In this document: positions 29,371-38,411 of the stretch, in pieces | How positions within the stretch are numbered: the stretch's first letter is position 1 | Layout of the letters: each line of letters starts with the position of its first letter | Assembly: GCA_963674705.1 (NCBI GenBank) | Contig: OY771506.1 | Location: forward strand, 2,080,001 to 2,144,000 | Reading direction: 5' to 3' | From: Phycisphaeraceae bacterium | GTDB taxonomy: Bacteria; Planctomycetota; Phycisphaerae; Phycisphaerales; Phycisphaeraceae | Length of the DNA stretch: 64,000 nt | Notes under the pieces: model-generated | Told to the model about the DNA's origin: nothing | The model's database searches: none | Seen by the model: the letters and a program-made list of their open reading frames with translations, nothing else | Program-made: the position numbers and the translations under genes

Positions 29371-30300
29371 ATGGGTAGCTTTGATTTGTGTACCAGTGAT
29401 CTGAAGATACGCCCGGGCGACCGCAGCGACTGGCGTGTGCTGCGGATGCTGTTGCCTGAGGTGGTGCATTTGGGGGCGAGGGTCAAGACATGGGTCGCGA
29501 TCGATACGGCTAATGATGTCATCATCGGTGCGATCGCGGCCGATCCAACCTTTCGCCATGAGCCGGTCGTGGGGGTGAAGATTGCCCTGCATGTGGTTGC
29601 ACCCTGGCGGGGCCGAGGTGTGGAGAAGGCTTTGGTTGAAGGCGTTATCCCAGCGGTCAGGCGGTGGGGCGGGCAGGCTCTCTATACCTGGGGAGCGATC
29701 GAAGTCGGGAGTGAGGTTGAGCAATTCTGGCTACAACTCGGATTTGTCCACGGAGAGCGGACGACGGAGGGGAGAATTACGGTGCAGTCGGGCCTGGACC
29801 TGATCGAACCGATCTGGGCACAGCTATGCAAGCGTGGCCGAGTACCCGAGGGGCTTAACGTATTGAATCTGGATGAGGTGGACCCGACGGCCATAGCCCG
29901 GTTGTATCAAAAACATATCGGCGGATCGTACGACGAGATACTTGGCCAGATCACAGGGGACTCGGCTCGCAGGTTTAATGCGTATGCATCCCCTGTTTTG
30001 CAACTGGATGGGCAGCTTGTCGGTGTGATACTGGGGCGGACGATGGAAGAAGCGGGGCTTGGGTTTGTCGAAGCAATCATCGTCGATACGCCTTTCCGCG
30101 GCACTTGGGCTAACATCGCGTTACGTCTATATGGCTGGCGACGTTGTGTTGAGATCGGTGTGCACACGTTGACCTACTTCACACATAAAAAGCACACCGA
30201 CACGATCCGGTTCTGCGACAAACTCGGCGTGACTACCCGCGTATTCGTAGAGCCGTATCGAATCCTAGACGCTGCTTCTGTGACTTGTGGAACTGAATAA
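29371..30300 (+). CDS. Tandem GNAT-fold acetyltransferase
   Basis: 'HVVAPWRGRGV...FWLQLGF' and 'IVDTPFRGTW...FCDKLG'. Confidence 0.75.
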   Translation: MGSFDLCTSDLKIRPGDRSDWRVLRMLLPEVVHLGARVKTWVAIDTANDVIIGAIAADPTFRHEPVVGVKIALHVVAPWRGRGVEKALVEGVIPAVRRWGGQALYTWGAIEVGSEVEQFWLQLGFVHGERTTEGRITVQSGLDLIEPIWAQLCKRGRVPEGLNVLNLDEVDPTAIARLYQKHIGGSYDEILGQITGDSARRFNAYASPVLQLDGQLVGVILGRTMEEAGLGFVEAIIVDTPFRGTWANIALRLYGWRRCVEIGVHTLTYFTHKKHTDTIRFCDKLGVTTRVFVEPYRILDAASVTCGTE

Positions 30301-32176
30301 GCATCAGCCGTTCCCGCAGGTCCTTGGCGTGTGCCTGATTGCCCAGCCGTTCATACAATGCGGCTAGTGTCTGGATGATCTGTACGGAATCCGGATCGGC
30401 GAGAAGTGCATCTTCGAGCCAAAGCCTTGCCGCTTGATCCCTGACGCCCGCCATGAGTGCTTCGCCGTGCAAAAACATGATCTGCGGGTCGTGTGGCCGA
30501 AGGTTTGCGGCTTTCTGAGATGAAGCTATCGCAGCCTCGGTGTTTTCGCATACAAGTTGCGCCGATGCCAGGCCCGCATAAGCGTCGGCAAGGTTCTCAT
30601 CGTTTTCAAGTGCTTTGGTGAACAGCTCGATTGCCTGTTTATGGCACTTCATTTTCAGCATTGCGCGCCCGGCCTCTACCAGCAGCCAAGGGGTGGATTT
30701 TGCCGACGACTCAGTCAGTTTTTGTAAGGTTTTTCGTGCGGTTTCGTGATCGCCGCGCAGCATTGCCGCGATCCCCAAGCCAAGCTGTGCGACGGGCGAT
30801 GTGGGGTATGCCCTGGCGAGCCGGTCTACCAGCTTGCTTAGTGCTTCGGCTTCGCCGGTTGACGCGTACAACTCCGCGAGGCTGATGGCGTATTCGGTGG
30901 TATTGGGGAATTGTTCGACGAGCGTTTCCAGGATCTCGATCGCGCGTTGTGTTTGGCTGTATTCATGGCAAGCCAACGCGAGGATGTGGTTCTTGTCGGC
31001 TTCGAGCCTGTTGTTAGCCGCACGTGCGTAACCATCCGGCTTATCAACGTAGCCCAGAGAATGCAGATAGTTGACAGATCGTTCTTCCGGTTGTTGTAGA
31101 TTCTGCGCGGAACTACCAGGCTTTTTATTTGGTTCGATTAATGGTTGAAGTGTTTGTTCGGGGCAGTCTATTCCAAACAGAGATAACACGATGGAGGAGA
31201 AGTCCGCTGCGGGGATAATCGCGGGCAGTTGAAAAGTCGGGTTGCCGGCGATGACGGCCATGGCTTCCCTTTTTAATCCTGACATAACCTGCGTGGCTGA
31301 CTTCGGTGTGGCGGTTGGGCGGTTCGGTCCGCGTGAAACGCCGTGATTTGATACGAGCATGATTATAGTGTCATCGCCCGCAAGTTCGATCAGGCGTCCG
31401 AGCATCAGGTCGTGGAAGTGCAAAGCATTGGTGATCACGTCGGCGTAACAGCGTGTGTCGTGTTCGGATACGTCTTTCGCGGCCGGGGCGTCATACGACA
31501 GGAAGTGCCTGCACAGCGGACCGAGGCCGTGGTAGTGTACGGCCGCGAAACGCCAGTCGCTCCGTTCGACTACGGCGGTGGCGACCGCGTGCCAGCTCGC
31601 GGTTTGCGCCAGGCATTTTCGAAGAATCGTTGGCCTCGGATCATTTGGGACGATGCCCGATGCGTTGGGCAGGAAAGAACGCAATGTCGCAACATCAATC
31701 TCGTCGGGAGTGATCCGAAGCGTGTTGAGTGTTTCTTGAAGACTGTCTGGTTGAACCGATGCCTCTTGGTCTTTGATATCTGTCGATATCCAATAATCCG
31801 AAATACTCGCGCTCGATAGCGGTACGGCCGGATGTGTTGCGGGGAAGCCAACGACTGCAGTCGGGATGCCTTTTGATTCCAAGCGTTGCCAGAGTGTGGC
31901 GACGCATTGAGCAGATCTACCAATCGTCTGTAAGCCCGAACCGTCGGGGCGTATCTCGCGTTCGGCGAACACGCCGTGCTTTAATGGGTTGGCGCCGGTC
32001 AGCAGTGTGCTCCAAAGGGTTGCCGGCAACAGGGGAGGGCGGTGTAGCAGCAGTGCCCGGTGGCCCCGTGCGATCAGCCCTGCCAGATGCGGCATCCCAC
32101 CTTTGGTCAGGATGGGGTCCACCAAAGACCAGTCCGTAGCCTCCCAGCCGATCAATAGAACACGCGTTTCAGGCAC
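30233..32176 (-). CDS. Alkaline-phosphatase-superfamily (phosphodiesterase-like) domain plus TPRs
   Basis: 'VLLIGWEATDW...MPHL...LWSTLLTG..P.KHG', 'DLMLGRL...MLVSNHG', 'L.SLGYVD', C-terminal TPRs. Confidence 0.8.
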   Translation of the reverse strand: MPETRVLLIGWEATDWSLVDPILTKGGMPHLAGLIARGHRALLLHRPPLLPATLWSTLLTGANPLKHGVFAEREIRPDGSGLQTIGRSAQCVATLWQRLESKGIPTAVVGFPATHPAVPLSSASISDYWISTDIKDQEASVQPDSLQETLNTLRITPDEIDVATLRSFLPNASGIVPNDPRPTILRKCLAQTASWHAVATAVVERSDWRFAAVHYHGLGPLCRHFLSYDAPAAKDVSEHDTRCYADVITNALHFHDLMLGRLIELAGDDTIIMLVSNHGVSRGPNRPTATPKSATQVMSGLKREAMAVIAGNPTFQLPAIIPAADFSSIVLSLFGIDCPEQTLQPLIEPNKKPGSSAQNLQQPEERSVNYLHSLGYVDKPDGYARAANNRLEADKNHILALACHEYSQTQRAIEILETLVEQFPNTTEYAISLAELYASTGEAEALSKLVDRLARAYPTSPVAQLGLGIAAMLRGDHETARKTLQKLTESSAKSTPWLLVEAGRAMLKMKCHKQAIELFTKALENDENLADAYAGLASAQLVCENTEAAIASSQKAANLRPHDPQIMFLHGEALMAGVRDQAARLWLEDALLADPDSVQIIQTLAALYERLGNQAHAKDLRERLMLIQFHKSQKQRLGFDTALRIRG

Positions 32177-32674
32177 TGGGCATCATCCTTCAAGTAAATC
32201 AAGGTGGCATGTCAGCATGGTTATGAGCATCATGGAGACTTCGCCGGTATGAGGATCGTTTGCCGTCACATGGGGAGCTTTAATGGTCACAATACCACCA
32301 TCCAGGAGGGTGTCGGACGGGTGGGTATATACCTATACCGGCCCTAAACACCATGTAACGGCCCTGATATCAGCCAATTACCAAATGGGCATCATATACG
32401 ATTATTATCGTCAATTTGCTAGGCTAGCATCTTGACTTACAGATTTCGTCGGTTATGCTAAGCAGGTCTGACTTTGTCCAAAGCAGCAGGAGCGGAGAAC
32501 CGGCAACACTTGAATCAGGTTTTTCTGTCCGTGCTCAGGATCTTGAGGGTTAACGAACGGACACGACGCCCTCGGTTATGCCAGAACCTCATCAATTTGG
32601 CGCGATCTATCTTTATGCGCCTGGTTGGACACCGAATGGCTTGTTGGTTCAAAAACTCAGGAGAGGAGAACAGG

Positions 32675-33439
32675 ATGCAGATGACTACAAACACGAATGA
32701 TCGGTCCGCAGCGAATCGGTCACTCAGCTTCGTCAAACTCACCGGTATGGTTGCAGGCGTTGCCGGTGTCGGCGGGCTTGCCTTGCCTTCGGCGACGGCC
32801 GGCGTCGTATACACACCGCTGGATGTTACGATCAGCAGCAGCGGTACAACCTCATTTGATATTGAGCAGCCGCCTTTGGGGGAGAATTCCGACAACGATC
32901 CGATATTCACCGTCACGGCCGACACGGTTAACGGCGTGTATGGTACGAAGCCGACGGCTGGCAATGCGTTCTCGATCTCGGTATACACCAATGAGAACTT
33001 TGCAGGCAATGTCGACGAGACCGATCCGCCCGTTGCTAACCTCACGGGTTATACCGCCGGTACGTTGCTGGACAGCCCAGCCTTTGTTGTCTCGACCCAG
33101 GACAGCGGTACGGATGCCGCGCCCGATCAGCCCAAGTTTCAATTGCTGTCTGCCGATGGTTTGACCGGCGACTTTGCCGTCAGCGCCGGCACGTTATACA
33201 TCGGTTTTAATAAGTCTGTGGGATCGACTATTTCTAATCCCAATGATTACTTCCACGGCTGGATCGGCGTGGAGGTCCTTAGCACAGGCGCCGAAGTCAG
33301 CGCCCACATTACCGGTATCGCGATTGAGAGTGTGCCCGATACGCCCATCGTCGCCGGTGCGGTACCCGAGCCGTCATCGGTAGCGTTGCTTGCTCTCGGC
33401 AGCGCCGGACTTGCGGGCTATCGCCAACGAAGAGCCTGA
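32675..33439 (+). CDS. PEP-CTERM protein, paralog of 25854-26894
   Basis: GGAG RBS; 'HGWIGVEVLS...TGIAIESVPDTPIVAGAVPEP'-TM-RQRR. Confidence 0.9.
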   Translation: MQMTTNTNDRSAANRSLSFVKLTGMVAGVAGVGGLALPSATAGVVYTPLDVTISSSGTTSFDIEQPPLGENSDNDPIFTVTADTVNGVYGTKPTAGNAFSISVYTNENFAGNVDETDPPVANLTGYTAGTLLDSPAFVVSTQDSGTDAAPDQPKFQLLSADGLTGDFAVSAGTLYIGFNKSVGSTISNPNDYFHGWIGVEVLSTGAEVSAHITGIAIESVPDTPIVAGAVPEPSSVALLALGSAGLAGYRQRRA

Positions 33440-33485
33440 TCAGCGAATTGGTCCCGCTGGCAAATTGAATACAAATCATGACTTT

Positions 33486-33521
33486 AGCCCTCGTCCAATC
33501 AGTGACGGACGAGGGCTTTTT
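33486..33521 (+). terminator. Rho-independent terminator
   Basis: agccctcgtcc / ggacgagggct hairpin followed by a T-run. Confidence 0.8.
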
Positions 33522-33737
33522 CTATCGATGCGTTACGAAAAAAGTGTCGCATGTGACGGCCCAGTGGTTTGTGACTTGGCTTAACGACAGGTTGTCCACC
33601 GATACTACCCTTCTTGATCGGTACGGCTGTTAAAGTAGTGCCCGGTTTATCATGCGAGTTTGCCTTCTTGGGATTTTGCATGAAGCTATTCAGTTATCCA
33701 GCCGCTCTTCGAATCATTGATCATGTTGCTGCAACCC

Positions 33738-35180
33738 TAGAGTGGTCCAAACCTAGAGTGGTCCAAACCCTCTTCGGTAAGTCGGGTATGATTTTTTTGT
33801 GGTGCTGGCCCTCTGGATTTCAGATTTTTTCAAAAAGATTTGGGGGTGCTTCAGCGGGAACCAGTGGGGCGATTGGGGCGGCGAAGGGGGCCAGGCAAAT
33901 CGGCATCGACTGGCAATCCGCCAGGGGTGGTCCATAATGTTGGGCAGTTGCCACTACTGGACTTACGACATTTGGACTGGAGGGTGGATTTGTGCTTCAA
34001 CGTTGGTTGATGGTCGCGTTTTTGATGCTTACCGAGGCTTGGTCGGTCCGCCGAGATAACCAGATCCGGTTCCTGAAACTTCAACTCGAACTGTACAAGG
34101 GGAAGGTGCCAGGCAACCGTGTGATCCTGTCTCCGGAAGAGCGTCGTCGCATGCTTCGGTTGGGCAAAAAGCTGGAGCATCAAGGTAGATGATCTCGTCG
34201 GGATCGTGAGTGTCAAGACGTACAGGCGGTGGTTGCGTGAACAAAAAGAGGGCCGGGAACCGGGGCGAGTTGGCCGGCCGCGGAAGATCACCGCGTCGGT
34301 CCGTGCATTGATCCTGCGCTTGGCCAGGGAGAATACCGGCTGGGGTGTAAGGCGGATCGTGGGCGAGTTGCGGAAGCTGGCGCTGACGCCCAGCCGCAGC
34401 TCGGTGCAGCGTGTGCTGGAACGCGAAGGGATCTTGCCGGACCCGGACCGCCGTGCGCCGAAGGGCGTGGCCACGCCGTGGCGGCTGTTCGTGTCGGCAC
34501 ATCTCAACACGATGGTGGCGACAGACTTCTTTTGTAAGAATGTCTGGACACCGTTTGGCAAACGTGTCGCTTTTGGATTGATGTTCATCCATTTGGGTAG
34601 TCGGAAGGTGTTCGTATCGCCGAGCACTTACCATCCGACCGGCGAGTGGGTGCAGCAACAAGCACGCAATGTGACGATGTGGCTGGAGGATGAAAACCTG
34701 GAACTTCGCTTCCTGATCCACGACGGTGACACGAAGTTCACCGAAGCCTTCGACGAACACTTCCGAAACGTGGGCGAACGGATTGTCAAGACGCCGTTCC
34801 AGGCTCCGGTCGCGAATTGTTTCGCCGAATCGTGGATCGGCACCCTTAAACGCGAGTGCCTGAATCACTTCTTCTGCTTCAGCCTCCGCCACATAGACCA
34901 CATCGTGCAAACTTATGTGGACTACTATAATCGTCTCCGCGCGCATCAAGGCAAGGACAACCGGCCGCTGACTATGAGCAATGATCCGATCGAAGTGACC
35001 GAGTCCCCGCCGCCGACTGTGGAAGTCGGGCCTGTTCGGAGACACGTGTTGTTGGGCGGTCTGTTGAATCATTACGAGCGGAAAGCAGCATGAAATAAGC
35101 GAAAACGGGCAGAGCCCAACAAATTGGACCGGCCCCGGCCGGCGGTTGGTTCTCGCCGTACTCGCAAATGGACCACTTCA
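33738..35180 (+). mobile_element. rve IS, copy 3, with tandemly doubled left end
   Basis: (TAGAGTGGTCCAAACC)x2 at 33738-33769; right end TGGACCACTTCA at 35169-35180. Confidence 0.85.
33992..35093 (+). pseudogene. rve transposase, frameshifted
   Basis: One extra base near 34181 relative to copies 1 and 2 splits it into 33992-34192 and 34206-35093. Confidence 0.8.
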
Positions 35181-36708
35181 CTTATCCACGAGCATCGACA
35201 GCTTATCTCAGGCGTTTGAGCGACTGGAGCGATCACTCCGAGACGATCTAGCCACGGCACGGAAAGATGCGGGCGAGAGGGGTCGCCTTCAGCGAGAAGA
35301 GGTTAGCAAGGCGATGGAGGCGTTTCGATCTGCGATGGTTGACACCCTCTCGAAACTGTCTGAGGCACAGAAGGGCCGCCTTGAGGAGTTTGGGAAACGG
35401 CTGACAGACAACAGCGATGCTAGTATTCGAAAGCTTGACGAAATGAAGACCGCGGTGGATTCGCGTCTCAAGACTTCGCAGGAAGAAACAGCAAAGAGCC
35501 TGGATCAAATGCGGACGGAGTCGAATGCAGGTGCGAAGTCCACACGCGACGAGTCGGCGAAGTCCCTTCGAGAGTTCAGCGAACAGCTTGTTAAGCGTGT
35601 GGCCGACGGATTCAAGGAGCAGAACGACCGCCTGGATAGTTTCTCTCGCCGTTTGGGCGAGCTGATCGAGGCCAGCGACAAGCGTAGCGAAGCCCTGAAA
35701 GCGAGTGTTGAACAACGGCTCGATAAGCTACGTGAGGAAAACGCACAGAAGCTTGCTGAGATGCAGAAGGTTGTTGATGAGAAACTTCAGGGCACGCTTG
35801 AGAAGCGATTGGGCGAGTCATTCAAACAGGTAAGCGAGCGACTGGAGCAGGTACATAAGGGCCTCGGGGAGATGCAGTCCCTTGCAAATGGTGTCGGCGA
35901 TCTCAAGCGAGTCATGACCAACGTCAAATCGAGGGGAACATGGGGCGAATTCCAGCTCTCGGCCATTCTGGAACAGGTATTGTCGACAGATCAGTATGAA
36001 GCGAATGTCGCCACGAAGCCAGGGGGCAGTGAACGTGTCGAATTCGCGATTCGGCTACCCGGTAAGGATGACGCAGATAGCGCGGTGGTCTATCTGCCAA
36101 TTGATGCGAAGTTTCCATCCGAAGATTATCTGCGTCTGATCGACGCCCAAGACGCTGCTGATCCCGATGGCGTGGCAACGGCAAGCAAGCAACTCGAAAA
36201 CGCGATCAAGTCGTGTGCGAAAGATATCTCAACAAAGTACTTGTCTCCTCCCCACACGACTGATTTTGGGATCATGTTCCTCCCAACTGAAGGGCTTTAC
36301 GCTGAGGTTGTACGGAGGGCCGGACTGGTCGAGCATTGTCAACGGCACTGCCGGGTTGTCGTCGCTGGCCCAACGACACTCGCAGCTATTCTGAATTCAC
36401 TTCAGATGGGGTTCCGAACGTTGGCAATTCAGAAGCGTTCAAGCGAGGTCTGGAAAGTTCTCGGGGCTGTTAAGACGGAGTTTGGTAAGTTTGGCGACGT
36501 CATCGCAAAGGTCAAGAAGAAATTGCAAGAAGCGGCCAACACGGTTGACCAAGCCGAAACTCGGACTCGTGTAATGACCAGAGAGTTACGGAATGTCGAA
36601 CAACTGCCTGCCGATCAAGCGGTCGCAGTTCTGGGACTGTCGGACAATGGCGATGAAACGACGACTGACTCTGCGGGTGCGGACGTGATCGACACTCAGG
36701 TGGATTGA
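35181..36708 (+). CDS. rmuC: RmuC-family protein, 5' end replaced by the IS
   Basis: 'NVKSRGTWGE', 'LPIDAKFP.EDY', 'TTDFGIMFLPTEGLYAE', 'GPTTL', 'GFRTLAIQKRSSEVW'. Confidence 0.85.
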
Positions 36709-36792
36709 TTCGTCGCGGCTATCAAAGGGTAACTGCCGAACGGCCCCAATGGTGATAATCGCTCGGGCGTGATCCGAACTGGAAACGTTCCT

Positions 36793-37060
36793 CTTTGAGC
36801 GCAACCTTCCCATAACCCGAGCCCATGTCTCTGCCCGGCGAAGAGAGACTTTCGGTCCAGACGGGCCGATCTGGCGGCCGGGACCGCTGATCCGGTTATG
36901 ATGTGGGGCGAATAAGAGACACGGATAGAATTAGCCGCCAGTCGTAAATTGAGGCCATAACTGGCGTAAAAACGAAAACGCCACCGAGATCTCTCGGCGG
37001 CGTTCTGCGTTAACCGTGGGGCCGGTTGGGTTTGCAACCGGCCGACTAATAGCGGGGGCA
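36793..37060. repeat. ~268-bp diverged direct repeat of 54981-55249 (tRNA-downstream module)
   Basis: Colinear by eye; both copies end in TAGCGGGGGCA and contain a minus-strand terminator-like hairpin (36977-37004 / 55166-55193). Confidence 0.9.
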
Positions 37061-37162
37061 CGGCTTGGTATCTGCACGCGACCGGACGGCGGCCTCTTCT
37101 GGCCGTTCGCGTGGGGGCCGGACGGCGTGATAGATACCTTCGCATAGTGTGCCTGGGACACG

Positions 37163-37576
37163 TTAAGCCTCTAGAAATCGGCCAATGCGATCTGTCAACT
37201 TGCCTACTTTGGTCGGTTTCGTCTGGCATTCCCAAATCACGAGCACATCCCATCCTTCACGTCTAAGGCGGCGTTGTACTTTTCGATCCCGTTTGACATT
37301 TGCCTCAAATTTCGATGACCAGAATGTCTTGCGTGTACTTGGCATTGACTTTCCTCGCCTACACGAATGGCGGTGCCAGAAGCACCCATGCACGAAAATA
37401 ACCTTTCTACGGCCCGCGAACACAAGGTCGGGTTTGCCTGGCAGGCGGTGATCATGCAATCGGTAGCGATAACCCATGGCATGAGTCAAACGTCGGACCA
37501 CAATCTCGGGCTTGGTGTCGGTCCCACGAATACGCGACATGATCTCACTACGACGAATTGAGGTCATTGTGTCCAT
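37163..37576 (-). CDS. vsr: Very short patch repair endonuclease
   Basis: 'MSRIRGTDTKPE', 'LPGKPDLVF', 'IFVHGCFWH.H', 'VIWEC'. Confidence 0.95.
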   Translation of the reverse strand: MDTMTSIRRSEIMSRIRGTDTKPEIVVRRLTHAMGYRYRLHDHRLPGKPDLVFAGRRKVIFVHGCFWHRHSCRRGKSMPSTRKTFWSSKFEANVKRDRKVQRRLRREGWDVLVIWECQTKPTKVGKLTDRIGRFLEA

Positions 37577-37601
37577 CTGTTCGCCACGATAAGCTATGTA
37601 A

Positions 37602-38411
37602 GTGGCTGATTCAACGAAACCATCAGGTGTCAACGATCTGGAGGCGATTAAAATCGCCAATTGGCTCCAGGCAGAATCGCGGATCGATAAGATCGGCTTG
37701 GCGATTCGCACCGCCATCGACTGGGTGATCGATGGTGCACGTACTAGACGGTTTGACTTGGATCAGGTTGAGCAAGGTGAAAAGCTGTACCTTGGCAATC
37801 GCGTTGAATACGAAGTTATTCATCAACTCGACCTGATAAAGAACAGTCAAGGCATTGATACTACGATCTGTGATTGTTTGGTTGATATCAAATTTTCGAT
37901 TGCTACAAGTTGGATGATACCACCTGAAGGCGTCGGTCATATCTGTCTATTGCTTTCTGCTGATGACCATAGATCAGTGTATTCGGTTGGGGTGCTGCGC
38001 GCACGGCCGGAATACCTGAATGCGCCAAACCGAGATGGGAAGCGGAGTATCAACAAAAAGAAGGGGTACTCACAAATTGAGTGGGTCACCCAGGATTCTG
38101 GTCTTCAAAAAAATTTCTTACTTCATCTCGAACCCGAAATCCGTGAACGAATACTTTCGGAAAGGAGTGGTCAGGCTAGAGTTACGCAGGCATTCCGCCT
38201 TGTGCTTGAAAGGCCGATTTCTGTTATTGCTTTGGATACTCTCGCCGTGCAACGCGACCCATCGAAGCGCGCCAGAGATGCAAGAAAGGCGCTTGCGAAA
38301 GAAGGTATTCGGGTTCTATGCGGACGATGGGAAGACGATAGAACCGAGGCGAGTAGATTAGGTATGCCCAAACTCAAAGTAGACGAGTGGATCTCTACTC
38401 GGCAGCGCTAA
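37602..38411 (+). CDS. NaeI-family type II restriction endonuclease
   Basis: 'EKLYLGNRVE', 'VDIKFS...WMIPPE', 'NRDGKR', 'SGQARV'; adjacent to a C5 methyltransferase and vsr. Confidence 0.75.
   Translation: MADSTKPSGVNDLEAIKIANWLQAESRIDKIGLAIRTAIDWVIDGARTRRFDLDQVEQGEKLYLGNRVEYEVIHQLDLIKNSQGIDTTICDCLVDIKFSIATSWMIPPEGVGHICLLLSADDHRSVYSVGVLRARPEYLNAPNRDGKRSINKKKGYSQIEWVTQDSGLQKNFLLHLEPEIRERILSERSGQARVTQAFRLVLERPISVIALDTLAVQRDPSKRARDARKALAKEGIRVLCGRWEDDRTEASRLGMPKLKVDEWISTRQR

Noticed and set aside
32460..32674. Riboswitch in PEP-CTERM leaders (also 11280-11360 and 62600-62830)
   Set aside because: Some hairpins are present, but no consensus I can recognise; needs an Rfam search
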